Below are positions 28,226 through 42,828 of a stretch of DNA of 64,000 bases, in pieces; positions within the stretch are counted from its first letter, which is position 1; the number at the start of each line of letters is the position of its first letter. The translations under genes and the position numbers were made by a program. This stretch comes from Octopus vulgaris (lineage: Eukaryota), in contig OX597833.1 of assembly GCA_951406725.2 (NCBI GenBank), positions 42,718,001 to 42,782,000 on the forward strand, written 5' to 3'. Under the pieces are notes generated by a model, which was not told the origin of the DNA, ran no database searches, and saw only the letters and a program-made list of their open reading frames with translations.

Positions 28226-28501
28226 CAACAACAACAACAATAATAATCCTTTCTACTGGAAGCACAAGGCCTCAAATGTTGGGGAAGGGATTAAGTCGAT
28301 TACATCGACCCCAGTGCGTGCCCAGTACTTATCTAATCGACCCCGAAAGGATGAAAGGCAAAGGCCACCTCGGCGGAATTTGAACTCAGAACATAGAGAG
28401 AGACGAAACATCTCTAAAGCATTTCGCCCGGCGTCCTAACGATTCTACCAGCTCGACGTCCCAACAACAACAACAGCAGCAGCAGCAACAACAACAACAG
28501 C

Positions 28502-28542
<41 letters not shown>

Positions 28543-28755
28543 CGACGATTACGACGACGACGTTGACGACGACGACGACGACAACAATAATAACAACAAC
28601 AATAATAATAGTAATGGTTTCAAATTTTGGCAAAAGGGCAGCAATTTTGGGAGAAGAGAGATGAGTCGACCACATCGACTCCTGGGTTCAACTGGCAATT
28701 ATTTTATCGACCCCGAGAGAACGAAAGACAAAGTCGACCTTGGCAGAATTTGAAT
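27431..28755 (-). mobile_element. Head-to-tail array of four family B SINEs separated by trinucleotide tracts
   Basis: Copies at about 27431-27645, 27736-27952, 28247-28460 and 28613-28755; spacers (AGT)n, (AAC/AAT/GAT)n and (AAC/ACG)n. Confidence 0.88.
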
Positions 28756-29188
28756 AAAGTGACCACTTTGCTCCTTTGTGCATTCCTGTTTCAGTCGTGT
28801 ATCAACTATTTATGGCGTCAACAACTTCTCTATTGTCTTGGGAATAGACGCATAGATGCCTTTTTCGTTCGATTGGGTCTGCCGATGTGAATAGTCAACG
28901 AGCCATTTAAATGTCCCGCGAATAAAAGAATGTGTTGAATATTCCATATTTTCTTTCTTTTTCTTTAATTCACACAGACATAAAGATTATAGCACCGACT
29001 ACCAGTTGAATCGTGGTGCACTCAACGCGATCGAATATCTTAGCTGAAAAAGGTTTAACTGCCTACGATTATGTGCATCTCTTTCTCTCTCTGTCTCCCC
29101 TTCTCTCTTTCTCTCTCTCTCTCTACATACATACATACATACACACACATACATACATATACATACATATATACATACATACACACAC

Positions 29189-29335
29189 ATGTATATCTAT
29201 GTACACACACACACATACATATGTATATCTATGCATACACACACATACATATGTATATCTATGCAGACACAAACATATATATGTATATCTATGCACACAC
29301 ACACATATATGTATATCTATGCACACACACACACA
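29189..29335. repeat. About 30-bp minisatellite, about 5 copies
   Basis: Unit atgtatatctatgcatacacacacatacat. Confidence 0.85.
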
Positions 29336-29389
29336 CGCACAAACACACTCTTAGTAAAGCTATTATTATAATAATTACTAGGAGGGAGG

Positions 29390-29790
<401 letters not shown>

Positions 29791-29899
29791 AGTTATGGCA
29801 GAGTTAATATATTCAATGCACCGAACATGATAAAATAACAGAGAAGTCAAATTTAGAAAGCAAGAAAGACATCAGGTCCGAGGCTAGTATTGTTCTATA

Positions 29900-30036
29900 G
29901 GCGTAGGAGTGGCTTGTTTACCAGCCACATGGTTCCGGGTTCAGTCCCACTGCGTGGCACCTTGGGCAAGTGTCTACTGCTATAGCCTCGGGCCGACCAA
30001 AGCCGTGTGAGTGGATTTGGTTGACGGAAACTGAAA

Positions 30037-30114
<78 letters not shown>

Positions 30115-30316
30115 ATGTGTGTTTATGTTTGCCCCCCTCCAACATCGCTTGACAACCGATGCTGGTGTGTTTACGTCTCCGTAACCTAGCGGTTCGGCAA
30201 AAGAGAACGATAGAATAAGAACTAGGCTTACAAGGAATAAGTCCTGGGGTCGATTTGCTCGACTAAATGCGGTGCTCCAGCATGGCCACAGTCAAATGAC
30301 TGAAACAAATAAAAGT
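29900..30316 (+). mobile_element. SINE family A
   Basis: ggcgtaggagtggc...ggttccgggttcagtccc...cagtcaaatgactgaaacaaat. Confidence 0.92.
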
Positions 30317-30499
30317 GTAATGCTTTTGACTGAAATTACGGTAGACAACTCCGGACTTACTTAACGAAACATAGCCGAAAGAATAATCGACTAAGTAGTG
30401 ATAAAATAAAAGGGACTAAACACCAGAATCGGCATGAAAAATAAGTAGATTTAAACGAATAAATCGTTAAAAGTCAATGACTCAAGCTTTCCATTTGTA

Positions 30500-31323
30500 C
30501 AGTACCCGACCTCTTAACCGGCTCCCAGAAATCCAGAAATATCGCGCAATATCGTGCATCATCGTGCAGTATACTGCACCCTCTATTAAGTAAACAGACC
30601 CTGCTTTTAAAGTTGGTTAACTAGCATACGGTGTGTTAAGAATAGTTTTGATAACGATTAAACATACTCTACGGGGTATTAAGTGGAGGTACATGACCTA
30701 GTTGTTAGAGCAGCGGACTCTCGATCGAGGGATCGCGGGTTCGAATTTCAGACCGGGCGATGTGTATGTTTATGAGCGAAACAACTGAGCTGCACGCGGC
30801 TCTGCAGAAGGTAATGGCGAACTTCTGCTGGCTCTTTCACCACAACTTTCTCTCACTCTTTCCTCCTGCATCTTGTAGCTCACCTGTGACGAACTGGCGT
30901 CCCGTCCAGGTGGGGAACCTATACGCCAAGAAACCGGGAAACCGGCCCTATGAACCAGGCATGGCTTGAGAAGGAGCAAACAACAGTGTATTAATTTGTA
31001 CCTGTATTTGTTAAATAAAATCATGTTCTTTACTTTACTTTATTAAATTTTCATCCTATAAGCATTCTTATATATATATATGATACATCATGCTAGATTA
31101 ATAGACATCAAACAGATTCTGTTTTAGAAGTGTATAAATTTGAATATGTTAAGTTAGCTCTTTGTTTTTCATAATGTATTTCAATATTACAAGTATATAT
31201 TTAGGCTGTCTTAAAAAAAAAAACAAAAAAAAAACGGAGAATCTAGAAATCCGGACCACTTCCAGTCTCAAAGTTGCTAGATATTTGATTCGGGAATTTG
31301 GTTAAAAAATACGTAGGTTAGTA
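30500..31323. mobile_element. Possible decayed pogo/Tigger-type MITE, interrupted by a SINE
   Basis: TA-cagtacccgacctcttaaccgg...agaaatccag at the left; weakly complementary end and agaaatccgg repeats near 31245-31323. Confidence 0.3.
30683..30987 (+). mobile_element. SINE related to family C (different central segment)
   Basis: Box B gggttcgaattt, shared ctggcgtcccgtccag...gaaaccgggaaaccgg tail; gtattaa direct repeat on both sides. Confidence 0.85.
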
Positions 31324-31610
31324 TTAACTATATGTAATATATTTAGATAAAAATAGTTACCAGGAACGTATAGGGTATCAATAGAATCGATGAAACCCAT
31401 TTACTAGAAGTTAGAGTGTCGATATAAAAAAAAAAATGTTTTGCGGTATTTAGTGATGGTACTTTTTATGTTCGAAGTTCGAATACTCCGATTTTTATCT
31501 TCCTGCAGGGGATCGATAAACAGAAGAAGAGTTCATAGTGCTCCCCTACGAATATCGTTGTAGCATTGAAGAATTGGGTAAACGTCGCAAAGACTTACAA
31601 TTGCACCCAT

Positions 31611-31704
<94 letters not shown>

Positions 31705-31788
31705 ACTACTACCACCACCACCATTACAACTACTACTACTACTACCACCACCACCACTACTACTACTACTACCACCACCACCACCACC

Positions 31789-31836
<48 letters not shown>

Positions 31837-31869
31837 GCATTTGATGTTTTATGATGATATTGCACCCAT

Positions 31870-31909
<40 letters not shown>

Positions 31910-33065
31910 GTAGTTGATGTTTTATGATGATATCGGAAGGTCAAAACACATGCACACGTACACATCCGTACGCACTCACATTCATACACACCAAAACTAC
32001 CACTGCCACCGCGACCAAACAAAGCCATCGAAGGAGACAGACTCGACCGGCTAGAAATAACTGTTAAATGTCCCTCAAATTACGCCCTATCGCCCTATTG
32101 CAAAAAACAAAATACATCGAATAATTAAATCCTGGATTCCTTGCACATAGGAGAAAATAATAATAATAATTTTAAAAAGTGGTGGGCATGTCTGGAATAT
32201 CTTTCATCACGAGTCTGCTCAATCAGAGCTGACTTGAAGTTAAACAACAGACACCACTATTACTTCGACCACTATCACTACTACGAATACCACTGCAACC
32301 AATCATATCTACAACCATTAGCAAACTACCATTGTATCGAATATATCTGGCTCATCTACTGAAATCTGATGTTCCATCCTTTGATATGCTTCGTAGATAA
32401 ACGACACAACACCAAACGCAAGCATTCAGAATCTACATTTTATCTTTATCATCAACATTATCGTCATCAGCATCAATATCGTAAACAAAAACGAATCAGC
32501 ACAGAGTTTATCATTAAAATAAATCTTCAGCGTTTATCAAATAATTCAATACAATTTTTTTTTGCGTATATGTATGTATGTATGTATGTATTATGTATGT
32601 ATGTATGCATGCATGCATGCATGTATGTATGTATGTATGTATGTATGTATGTATGCATGTATGTATGTAAGTATGTATGTAAGTATGTATGTATGTATGC
32701 ATGCGTGTATGAATGTATGTATACATGCATATTCACACTCAACACACACATATATATATACACACATACATACATATGTGTTCGTGTTTGTATATCATTA
32801 TACATGAATTTTTATCGAGATACAAAGTGAGAATGATTATTATAAACGTAAGTGTGTATGTATGTATGCATACATGAAAGTATATATATATATGTATATA
32901 AAATAATACATATACATACATACATACATACATACATACATACATACATACATACACACACACATACATACATGCATACATACATACATATATATATATA
33001 TATATGCATATATGTGTTTATATGTGTATGTGTATATATATACACATGCAAATAGATAGATAAAT

Positions 33066-33097
<32 letters not shown>

Positions 33098-33924
33098 GGA
33101 CAGAGAGATAGGGACAGAAAGACAGCGAGACAGAAGAGTGATGTGCGTGTGGTTTATATTAAATATTTATTTTTTCATCTAACAGATGAATATGTGGCAT
33201 TATGAAACAAAAACCACTATTTTCCCAAATCTATTTCCCAAATCCCGCCATTAAATCTAATATCAAGATGTAGTTCTTTGTTTTTGTTTTTATTTCCTAT
33301 GTTGTTTCATTCCTTCTATCTTCTTTCTCCATTTTCCGTTCACTTCACATCAAAAGCTAAACTGCTTTTTTCACAAATATCTCATTGGCATCGACGTTAA
33401 TTGCTCACCCGCCATTTAAAACATAAGTGGCAGACGGTAACAATATCGCGGACTTATTTCACTAAATGTCAGATGAACTCCGACTAAAGAAATAGTCCCA
33501 GCCCGAATACACTTATATGATTCATCTATCACGGTAACATGAACATGTACATAATAACACACACACACACATGTATGTATGTACGTACGCATGTATACAT
33601 ATGTATACACACACACACACACATATATATATATACACACGCAAACTTTCAATCAGTTAGTTCGTCAGACATTTAACCGATTGGCAAAATATAATTTGAC
33701 ATAATGACCTCCTAAGACACAATAACTTATGCACAAACATATAATATACAGCGGAGTAAACCAGTCAATACATTTCAGAGTTAGTAATATTTTATGTAGA
33801 GTGTCTTGTTTGTAGCAAAATACTTAAGGTTTCATGCCATAAAAAGATGTTTCGCTTCGCTTAGTTATTCCTAGCAACACAATTTTGATTTGTTGCAAGT
33901 AAGACTATATTACGTGGCTCTCTG

Positions 33925-34265
33925 TCGGTTACAGTGACACGGGTTCCAGTTGATCCGATCGACGAAACAGTATACTCGTTAAATTAACGTGCAAGTGGCA
34001 GAGTACTCCACAGACACGTGTATCTTTAACGTAATTCTGGGGGAGGTTCAGCATGACACAGACTGTGACAAGGCTGGCCCTTTGAAATAGAGGTACAACA
34101 GAAACAGGAAGAAAGAGAGAGAGAAAGTCGTAGTGAAATAGTACAGCAGGATTCGCCACCACCCCACTGCAGGAGACTCGTGGAGCTTTAGATGTTTTCG
34201 CTCAATAAACACTCACAACACCTGGTCTGGGAATCGAAACCGCGATCCTGCGACTACTGGGCCAT
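33925..34265 (-). mobile_element. tRNA-derived SINE (family D; head related to 30683-30987, different tail)
   Basis: Minus strand ggatcgcggtttcgattcccagacc...gtttattgagcgaaaac... Confidence 0.75.
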
Positions 34266-34279
34266 TGTGCATCCAAACA

Positions 34280-34345
<66 letters not shown>

Positions 34346-34348
<3 letters not shown>

Positions 34349-34520
34349 TTCTTTATTGGGCACAAGGGGCTAAACATAGAGGAGACAAACAAGCACAGAC
34401 AAAGGAATTAAGTCGATTATATAGACCCCAGTGCGTAACTGGTACTTATTTAATCAACCTCGAAAGGATGAAAGGCAAAGTCGACCTCGGCGGAATTGAA
34501 CTCAGAATGTATCGGCAATA
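34346..34520 (-). mobile_element. SINE family B, 5'-truncated
   Basis: Matches 7537-7735. Confidence 0.85.
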
Positions 34521-34788
34521 CTAACATACACAGACACAAACACACACACAATGCATGTGTATGTGTATGTGTGTGAGTGTGAGTGTGTGGTGACTTTTTA
34601 TACAAATATGTGTAAAACGTAAAGAAATGGACGCAAATATTTGTGCATATTTTCTCATACATGGCTTTGCATGACATACATACTTACACTCACACACAAA
34701 TGTACATTCATGTATACATGCATACATACACATACAAACACACACACATACATACATATTTCCATACATATATACACACGTGCATGTG

Positions 34789-34869
<81 letters not shown>

Positions 34870-35540
34870 GAATATAGACATGTCTGCATGTGCGTATATT
34901 TACTCACAAATAATGCATGCAATGCATTATAAGATATAAAATATAAGTTAGTCACGCAAATTAGAATTGAAGCATTTTCACACATGTCTAGAAATATATA
35001 TAACTAAGTATATATATATATATATATATATCAGTCAATGCACTGGTACTTGTAATACATACATACATACATACATACATACATACATACATACATACAA
35101 ACATACATTCATACATACATACATGCATACGTACATACATACATACATGAATACATACATATATACATACATGCATACATACATACATACATACATGCAC
35201 ACACACAGGTACATACATATTTATATACACAAAAAATGCCTGTATTCATACATATATATGTCTGTGTTTACTTGTATGTATATATATATGTATGTATGTA
35301 TGTATATATGAATGTATGTATGTATGTATGTATGTATGTATGTATGTACATGTGTGTGTGTGTGTGTGTGTGTTTGTGTGTGTCCGGTCTGTATATAAAC
35401 AAACTAGCACAAAGCTTTGAAGTATATTTTATATTTGAAAACATTCGAAATAGTAATTACCGTTGTATTTGGTATTGTTGTTATTGTTCGTGTTGCCATT
35501 GATATATATATAGTTGATATTGTTGTTGTTGTCGCTGTTT

Positions 35541-35581
<41 letters not shown>

Positions 35582-35989
35582 AGTGTTGTTCTTGTTGTAG
35601 ATTGTTCTTAGTGGCAATTGAATATATGTCTAATGTAAAACAATCCCAGCATGCACAAGTATGGCGCTACATTCGCCATGGACGATGAAATCACACGGAA
35701 TGGCTTTTATTCATATGTGAACAAACATTGATGAGAGCAAGATTGCTGTCTAGCCACAAAATAGATATCTCTCTCTCTCTTTCTGTCCCTCGCTCTTTCA
35801 ATCTGTCATTCACTCTCTTTCTGTCTGTCTGTCGGTCTGTCTATCTGTCTCTCTTCATGTATATATGCATGTATGTATGTATGTATGTATGTATGTATGT
35901 ATGTATGTATGTATGTATGTATCTCTATCTCTGTTTGTCTGTCTGTATGTCTCTCTCTATCTATCTATCTATATATATATATCTGTCTG

Positions 35990-36058
<69 letters not shown>

Positions 36059-36093
36059 ATATCGATCTTTCTATCTGTCTGTTTGTCTGTCTG

Positions 36094-36208
<115 letters not shown>

Positions 36209-36833
36209 GGCTGCCGGTCGATTTATCTGTTTAATATTCCATCCAACCTTCCATCAGATCAATCTATCTTTAAACATATACGTACGCACACGGATACACA
36301 CACGCGCGCCCACATACAAAGTAAAATGTGTCTCAGGCGGACGACGAAGTAACATACGGAAAACAGGGCAAACGCACAAAGGACGTAGACACGCTCATCC
36401 CTCATAAGTTATCGACCAAAAGATATCATAACCGTTTCGATGCCTTATATATGTATACGTTTAATACAGTACTGCACAGTTCAGTGAGTCTTAACTCTAG
36501 AACTAGTATGGCTTGGTAACTTGTACAAGGCTTTGAATAATTCTTTTAAGTGCTTATGTAATCGCGAGCAGATTTGTAGACTTTGTATACCGCCCACCGT
36601 TGACATAAGAAAACATTCAGAATGCGACACTGAAGGAAGAGAGTACTGCAATGGTATCCAGTTAATACTTATTTTTGTTGAGTAGACTCGAGTAACATGA
36701 AGTTAATTGCCTTGATCAAGGACACCACACCTGGTTCAAGGAGTGAACCCACGACCTTGTGACCCTGGGCCGAATGATCTCCGTAGACACTTAAATTATG
36801 ACTGCTGTGAATCATAAAAAAAAAGTTACTTCT

Positions 36834-36987
36834 GAGTGACTGTGTGGTAAGTAGCTTGCTTATCAACCACATGGTTCCGAGTTCAGTCCCACTGCGTGGC
36901 ATCTTGGGCAAGTGTCTTCTACTAGAGCCTCACACCGATCAAAGCCTTGTGAGTGAATTTGGTAGACGGAAACTGAAAGAAGCCCGT

Positions 36988-37050
<63 letters not shown>

Positions 37051-37288
37051 ATGTGTGTGTATATGTTTGTGTGTCTATGTTTATACCCCAATATCGCTTG
37101 ACAACCGATGCTGGTGTGTTTACGTCCCCGTCACTTAGCGGTTAGGCAAAAGAACCGATAGAATAAGTACTTGGCTTACAAAGAATAAGTCCTGGGGTCG
37201 ATTTGTTCGACTAAAGTCTGTGCTCCAGCATGGTCGCAGTCAAATGACCGAAACAAGTAAAAGAGTAAAGAGTAAAGAGTAAAGAGTA
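36834..37288 (+). mobile_element. SINE family A (5' end clipped), (GTAAAGA)n tail
   Basis: Family alignment; shares upstream flank with 59913-60310. Confidence 0.92.
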
Positions 37289-37761
37289 TGCAAGAAAATG
37301 TTATGCTGATTAAATCGAACGTGACTTGAACATTTACAAGTATAACGATAACAACCCAGTCGAATTATTCTACTCTTGTTCGTATCGACAATTGGTGATG
37401 TAAGGATCGGTAGGCCAGTTGCATGAATACTTCTTTCTTATAGATGACACCGACAAGAAGAGAGAAAACAAGGAGGGAGGAAACTAGACTAGCATTTCAT
37501 TTTTTGACTACGAATCGGATGAAACAAAAAACTTGGCCTCTGGGAGATTTGACCTCAGATCGTCGGAACAAATGCTGTCAAGTATTACATTCGACTTCCT
37601 AATGACCCTGCCAATTTGGCCACGTCTCGATATACGCTGTATTTATTTTCTTAACTTGTTAGAAAAAACAGCCCTTTTTTTCTCAAATCACACCATATTA
37701 TCTAAAGAAAGCGAGGACATTCCGAAATGTTTCTTGTTATCAATTCATTACCAATCTATCA

Positions 37762-37809
<48 letters not shown>

Positions 37810-37950
37810 GTCTGTCTGCCTGCCTATCTGCCTGCCTGTCTGCCTGCCTGTCTGTCTGCCTGTCTGCCTGTCTGCCTGTCTGACTGCCTGCCTGTCTGTC
37901 TGTCTGTATGTCTGCCTGATTGTCTCTCCCTGTGTGTGTGTGTGTGTATG

Positions 37951-38001
<51 letters not shown>

Positions 38002-38373
38002 TAGTATATATATATATATATATATATATATACTATATATATATATATACTAGTATATATATATATACTAGTATAAGCATACATTCATCGACACATGTAC
38101 ACATACACGTACACACAAACACACACATACACACATGCAATAACACACATCACAGTGTTTACACAGATATGTGTTTGTTGACATTGTAAACATTGTAAAC
38201 ATCAGAAATAGCTTTTGGGCGGTAATTTACATGTCTTACCCCACCCCTTCCCTTCCACAGTTTGGTGATAATGGTAATAGAGGTGATGATGATATAAGCT
38301 ATAGTGGTGTTGCTGGTATGAATAGTAGTTGTAGTAATGCTGGTAGCGGTGTTAATTACAATTATGGTATTAG

Positions 38374-38575
38374 TACGTTAGTACGCCGGGCGAAATGCTT
38401 AGCGGTATTTCGTCTGCCGTTACGTTCTGAGTTCAAATCCCGCCGAGGTCGACTTTGCCTTTCATCCTTTCGGTTTCGATAAAAGAAGTGCCAGTTGAGC
38501 ACTTGAGTGAATTACATCGATTGTCTCACTTTCCCAAAAATTTCTGGCTTGCGGCCTCTATCAGAAAGGATTATT
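38374..38575 (+). mobile_element. SINE family B
   Basis: acgttagtacgccgggcgaaatgcttagc...gagttcaaatcccgccgaggtcgac...agaaaggattatt. Confidence 0.85.
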
Positions 38576-39069
38576 TATCCTTAGTATACCTATGATAAAA
38601 TGACTTCCGGACGTGAGAATCCCATTTTTTAAGGACTATAAAGGGATTTTTAGGCGTAAGTAGCCCTTTCCAGCAGTACTTCAACTTTTTCAATACAAAT
38701 CAATATACTTGGTTTGCTGTAATTGGAAGTTGTTTTGTTGGTCTTGAGAGTGACCATGACAGTGTATACTCTAGCTAGTGTACACTAGCAACATTCTGAT
38801 GGTGTTAGTAGTAGTGGTTCATTACCAACAGTGAGAGTAAAAATATATGTATTCATTATCGGTGAAGTTAATTAAGATGTTTCCAACAGTAAAATATATT
38901 CGGTTTCGCATAAAACTTGTTTATTTTTCTCTGTCTCTTGAAGATAAATAAAGGCCTCGGTATAATTAATATCTATAAAGGTTTAAATCCTATCAATATA
39001 AAGCTACCACTATACCTAATTTGTTAAGTGGTTGGTAAATGAAAGGAGGAAACATAGGGTCGTAAGAAT

Positions 39070-39357
39070 CCTTTTAGTTTTGCCGAGGACATGAATACCT
39101 CTCTAGTGTTGGTGTCACGATAAAATGCAATGTGTACATTCTGTAATGTGGTCGGTGTTTGGTGTTTTTAAGGGCACCCAAACGTAGAAACAATGCTAAA
39201 ATAAGAACGTCGAGCAAGATGTAATTCTCCTCCTTTGTAGGTGAGAAGTAACGCGAAAAAAGAACTGACTCCGATCATAACGAGCTGAGCAGCCAATGCA
39301 AGCATAGAAAACAGGCTCATTAGAACGACGACGGCGATGATGATGGTGATGATGATG
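39070..39357 (+). mobile_element. Decayed SINE with (GAT)n tail
   Basis: aagggcacccaaacgtagaaac...gcaagcatagaaaacagg...gatgatgatg, resembling RTE-type SINE tails. Confidence 0.45.
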
Positions 39358-39994
39358 CTTACACGAACAGTGTATCTAGAATCACTCTGAAAACATTCCT
39401 ATCGTGAATATAAAAGCAACGGATTAGGTTTACCACACAAAATAGGTACAACCACTCTACGGACACCCGCCTTTTCTGCCTACTCGATTTCCCTCACAGG
39501 ATGTTGGTCGATACAAGATACCGCGTTATGGGATTCGAACCGGAGTACGTGATTATTTTATATGAACTTAGAAAATATAAACATTACTAATATAAACATC
39601 ACGAAACAGCAGACGACAGTTCTCAGTTCCAACGAAGATAAAAAGTTCCACTAAATGTTACTTTAGATTGGTACATATCTTTCATCTTAAAGTTCAATTA
39701 GCGCTTTCATATGTTTGTAGTTAGTAATCATTCGATTTCAAAACGTATTAACTGACAGACGAGTTGAGTGTTTCAGTGAAAAAAAAATTTTTAATTCAAT
39801 AATAAAATAACGTGAAAACCAGACCATGTAGTAACATTAATCAACTGATATATTATTCATTACACATTTTACACAAATTCGGGAATATATATATATGCAT
39901 TCGTGGCTTCTAGTAGTTAAGTTAACCTACAGCCTTCGGAGATTGTAACATAATGAATGTAAATTATAGAAAGTAGAAGACTTGAAATGATAAA

Positions 39995-40225
39995 TCTCTC
40001 TCTCTCTTTACTCTTTTACTCTTTTATTTGTTTCAGTCATTTGACTGTGGCCATGCTGGAGCACCGCCTTTAGTCGAGCAAATCGACCCCAGGACTTATT
40101 CTTTGTAAGCCTAGTACTTATTCTATCGGTCTCTTTTGCCGAACCGCTAAGTTACGGGGACGTAAGCACACCAGCATCGGTTGTCAAGCGATGTTGGAGG
40201 GACAAACACAGACACACAAACATAT

Positions 40226-40268
<43 letters not shown>

Positions 40269-40434
40269 GTACGACGGGCTTCTTTCAGTTTCCGTCTACC
40301 AAATCCACTCACAAGTCTTTGGTCGGCCCGAGGCCATAGTAGAAGACACTTGCCCAAGGTGCCACGCAGTGGGACTGAACCCGGAACCATGTTGTTGGTA
40401 AGCAAGCTACTTACCACATAGCCACTCCTACGCC
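39995..40434 (-). mobile_element. SINE family A, full length, near consensus
   Basis: Minus strand starts ggcgtaggagtggc; internal (TA)n; tandem tail. Confidence 0.93.
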
Positions 40435-40447
40435 TTTTGTTTTTATT

Positions 40448-40830
40448 TAAAATGTTGACGTTTCAATGTTGACTGTACTTTGATGTCAACATCCTAATGC
40501 CGACATCTTAATATTCACAACATAACGCTGACAATATGTTAACGTCGACATCTTACAGTTGACATTTTAATGTTGACAATATGTTAATGTCAATATATTA
40601 CCGTTAACATTTTAATGTGACAATATAAGTTAATGTCAGTATCTTAAATTTGACGTAATACTGTTAATTTTGACATCTTAATGTTGACATCATAACGTTG
40701 GCAAGATATCAACGATGATATCATAATGATGCCAACGCATTAATATTCACAGCATATAATAATATAATCAGCACATTAATTAAAGTTGTCTAACAGATTA
40801 GCATTGCCAACTTGTCAGCTTATTAATGTT
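40448..40830. repeat. Degenerate about 14-bp minisatellite (aatgttgacatctt)
   Basis: Roughly 20 diverged units built around gttgac/gtcaac/gttaac. Confidence 0.75.
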
Positions 40831-42485
40831 CACACCATTGATATTGTGATTGTTTATCTCGTCAGCATATTATCTCTTTTTAATTAAATAAATATTTCCA
40901 TCCGTAATCTAATTATCTCTAGGGAGACCATCAAAAGAGCGCAGTCTGGACAATCGGTGGAACGTGATTTTGTCCTAATTAAGTTTCAATCAGCTACGGT
41001 GTAGTTTGTAATTGCGCATGCTCACTTGGTCAGAGAGGCTGCTTATAATAATCAGTCAATAAAACAAGTATAGAAGACATATGACCCAGAGACATAAATT
41101 ATGTAGTTAGTGAGCTGGGGGAAATTATGCATCACATTATAAGCTCTTACAAATTGAATAAATTTTGTGTATGAAAATATTTCTATCCTAAATATTTCTA
41201 TGCTAAAGTATTTTGATGTAATGTGAAACGTTGTTAGGACAAGTGTTGTACGCAGATCCCTTCACCATGAAGAGAACTAAATATACAACACGAATACAAG
41301 TACGTATTCACATTTGAAACGTTTGAATGTATGAATGTAGAAATGATAGAAAATGAACGCAATGTTTGCAATGAAATTTAAATATATTACAAGTATTCCC
41401 CTCTGTTCCTTGCGATATTACAAGTGTTCGAAGCTGATAATGTCGACGAACATATATATATATATATGGGACATACCTGTCTTCACGGCCGAAACAGCTG
41501 TCAGCTACAATGCAAATGTATTTCTATTTCTATTTCTATGTCTTGTTATATTTGTACTATATTAATATATAATATAATTGCTATTGTGTAATGGTTTAAT
41601 AAAGTATTGATTGGGTATTATCAGATCGTTGATGATTGATTTAGATATATTTCTCCATTTTCTAATTTTGTATATATATATATACAAGGCAAGGTATAAA
41701 TAATAGACGTTACATATTTTTCTTTATTCTAGTAAATTTGACTTACAGCCGTTTCTAGTTGTCAATATAGGCACGTTATTGATAGGTTTACTCACTCGGC
41801 TGTTAAGAGTTGAACGACCTAAAAACTTAATTCTACTTTCATTATGCATACAATTTTTATTCTTTTCATTCATCCTTGAGCAGGAAGCAAATATGAATTG
41901 CATTTGTTCTTTTGTAGTTTTTTATATTTGTATTTGCTTTATGATACATACACATACATGTGTATGTATGTATCAGCACTTATGCAAGATACGACCAAAG
42001 ACATATACAGCCGCGCTTAGACCGTGTCAATCTTTTCGCTCTTCCATAAAAAAGTATTATAATTCACAGGTACATTATCGGAGCAAACTAGCGAGTGGAG
42101 AAAACTGTTACAAATTTAAACTACGCTGCATCGTATGTAATTTTGATGAAGCCACGGAATATCCCAGGGTGCTGAATCTATGAAATGCACTCATTTAGCC
42201 CACATAAAGTACGTTTTCTCGAAAAGAATTGCCTATGAGTAAACTATAGCACAATACACACACACACACACACGCATCTGCACTCCTTCCCAAACCTGCG
42301 TAGCATTCAAACATCAACACACAAAGGCCCACGCTTATAGGAGTCCCAAGTAATTTCTAATTAGTTGTGCAGTACACTCAATCAATAAATGCATAAATTA
42401 GACGAATTAAGATATGCCTTGTGAAGTTCATGTGAATTAGTTACCACAAGAATGTATGTATGTATGTATGTCTGTATGTGCAAAC

Positions 42486-42548
<63 letters not shown>

Positions 42549-42644
42549 TATTGGTATGTGTATATATATGTATGCCTCCCTCTCTGTCTCTTTATATATA
42601 TATAAATACATTATGTGAAGTATATTTGCCACTTCAATGTGCTA

Positions 42645-42828
42645 ACCACTAAAGGTGGATGCTACTGTAGCTTGTAGCCCCAGGAGAACATCTTATCCAG
42701 CTGGCTATTGACACACTTTCTGTGCCCTATCAGTATTTTCAAAGGGAAGCCATCCTTCCCATCGTCGACCTGACGTGATACGCACGAACCCGGGTTTCTG
42801 GGTATTTACCCGTCGTCGGCGCACGATA
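42645..42828 (-). mobile_element. Unclassified GC-rich short element (possible SINE)
   Basis: CpG-rich island in microsatellite DNA; minus strand has box-B-like gggttcgtgc. Confidence 0.3.

Noticed and set aside
27431-28755. Repeat-spacer periodicity superficially like a CRISPR array
   Set aside because: Units are about 200-bp SINEs and spacers are microsatellites; eukaryotic DNA, no cas genes.
41779-42183. 134-aa plus-strand ORF
   Set aside because: Non-ATG start, includes microsatellite, no recognisable motif.
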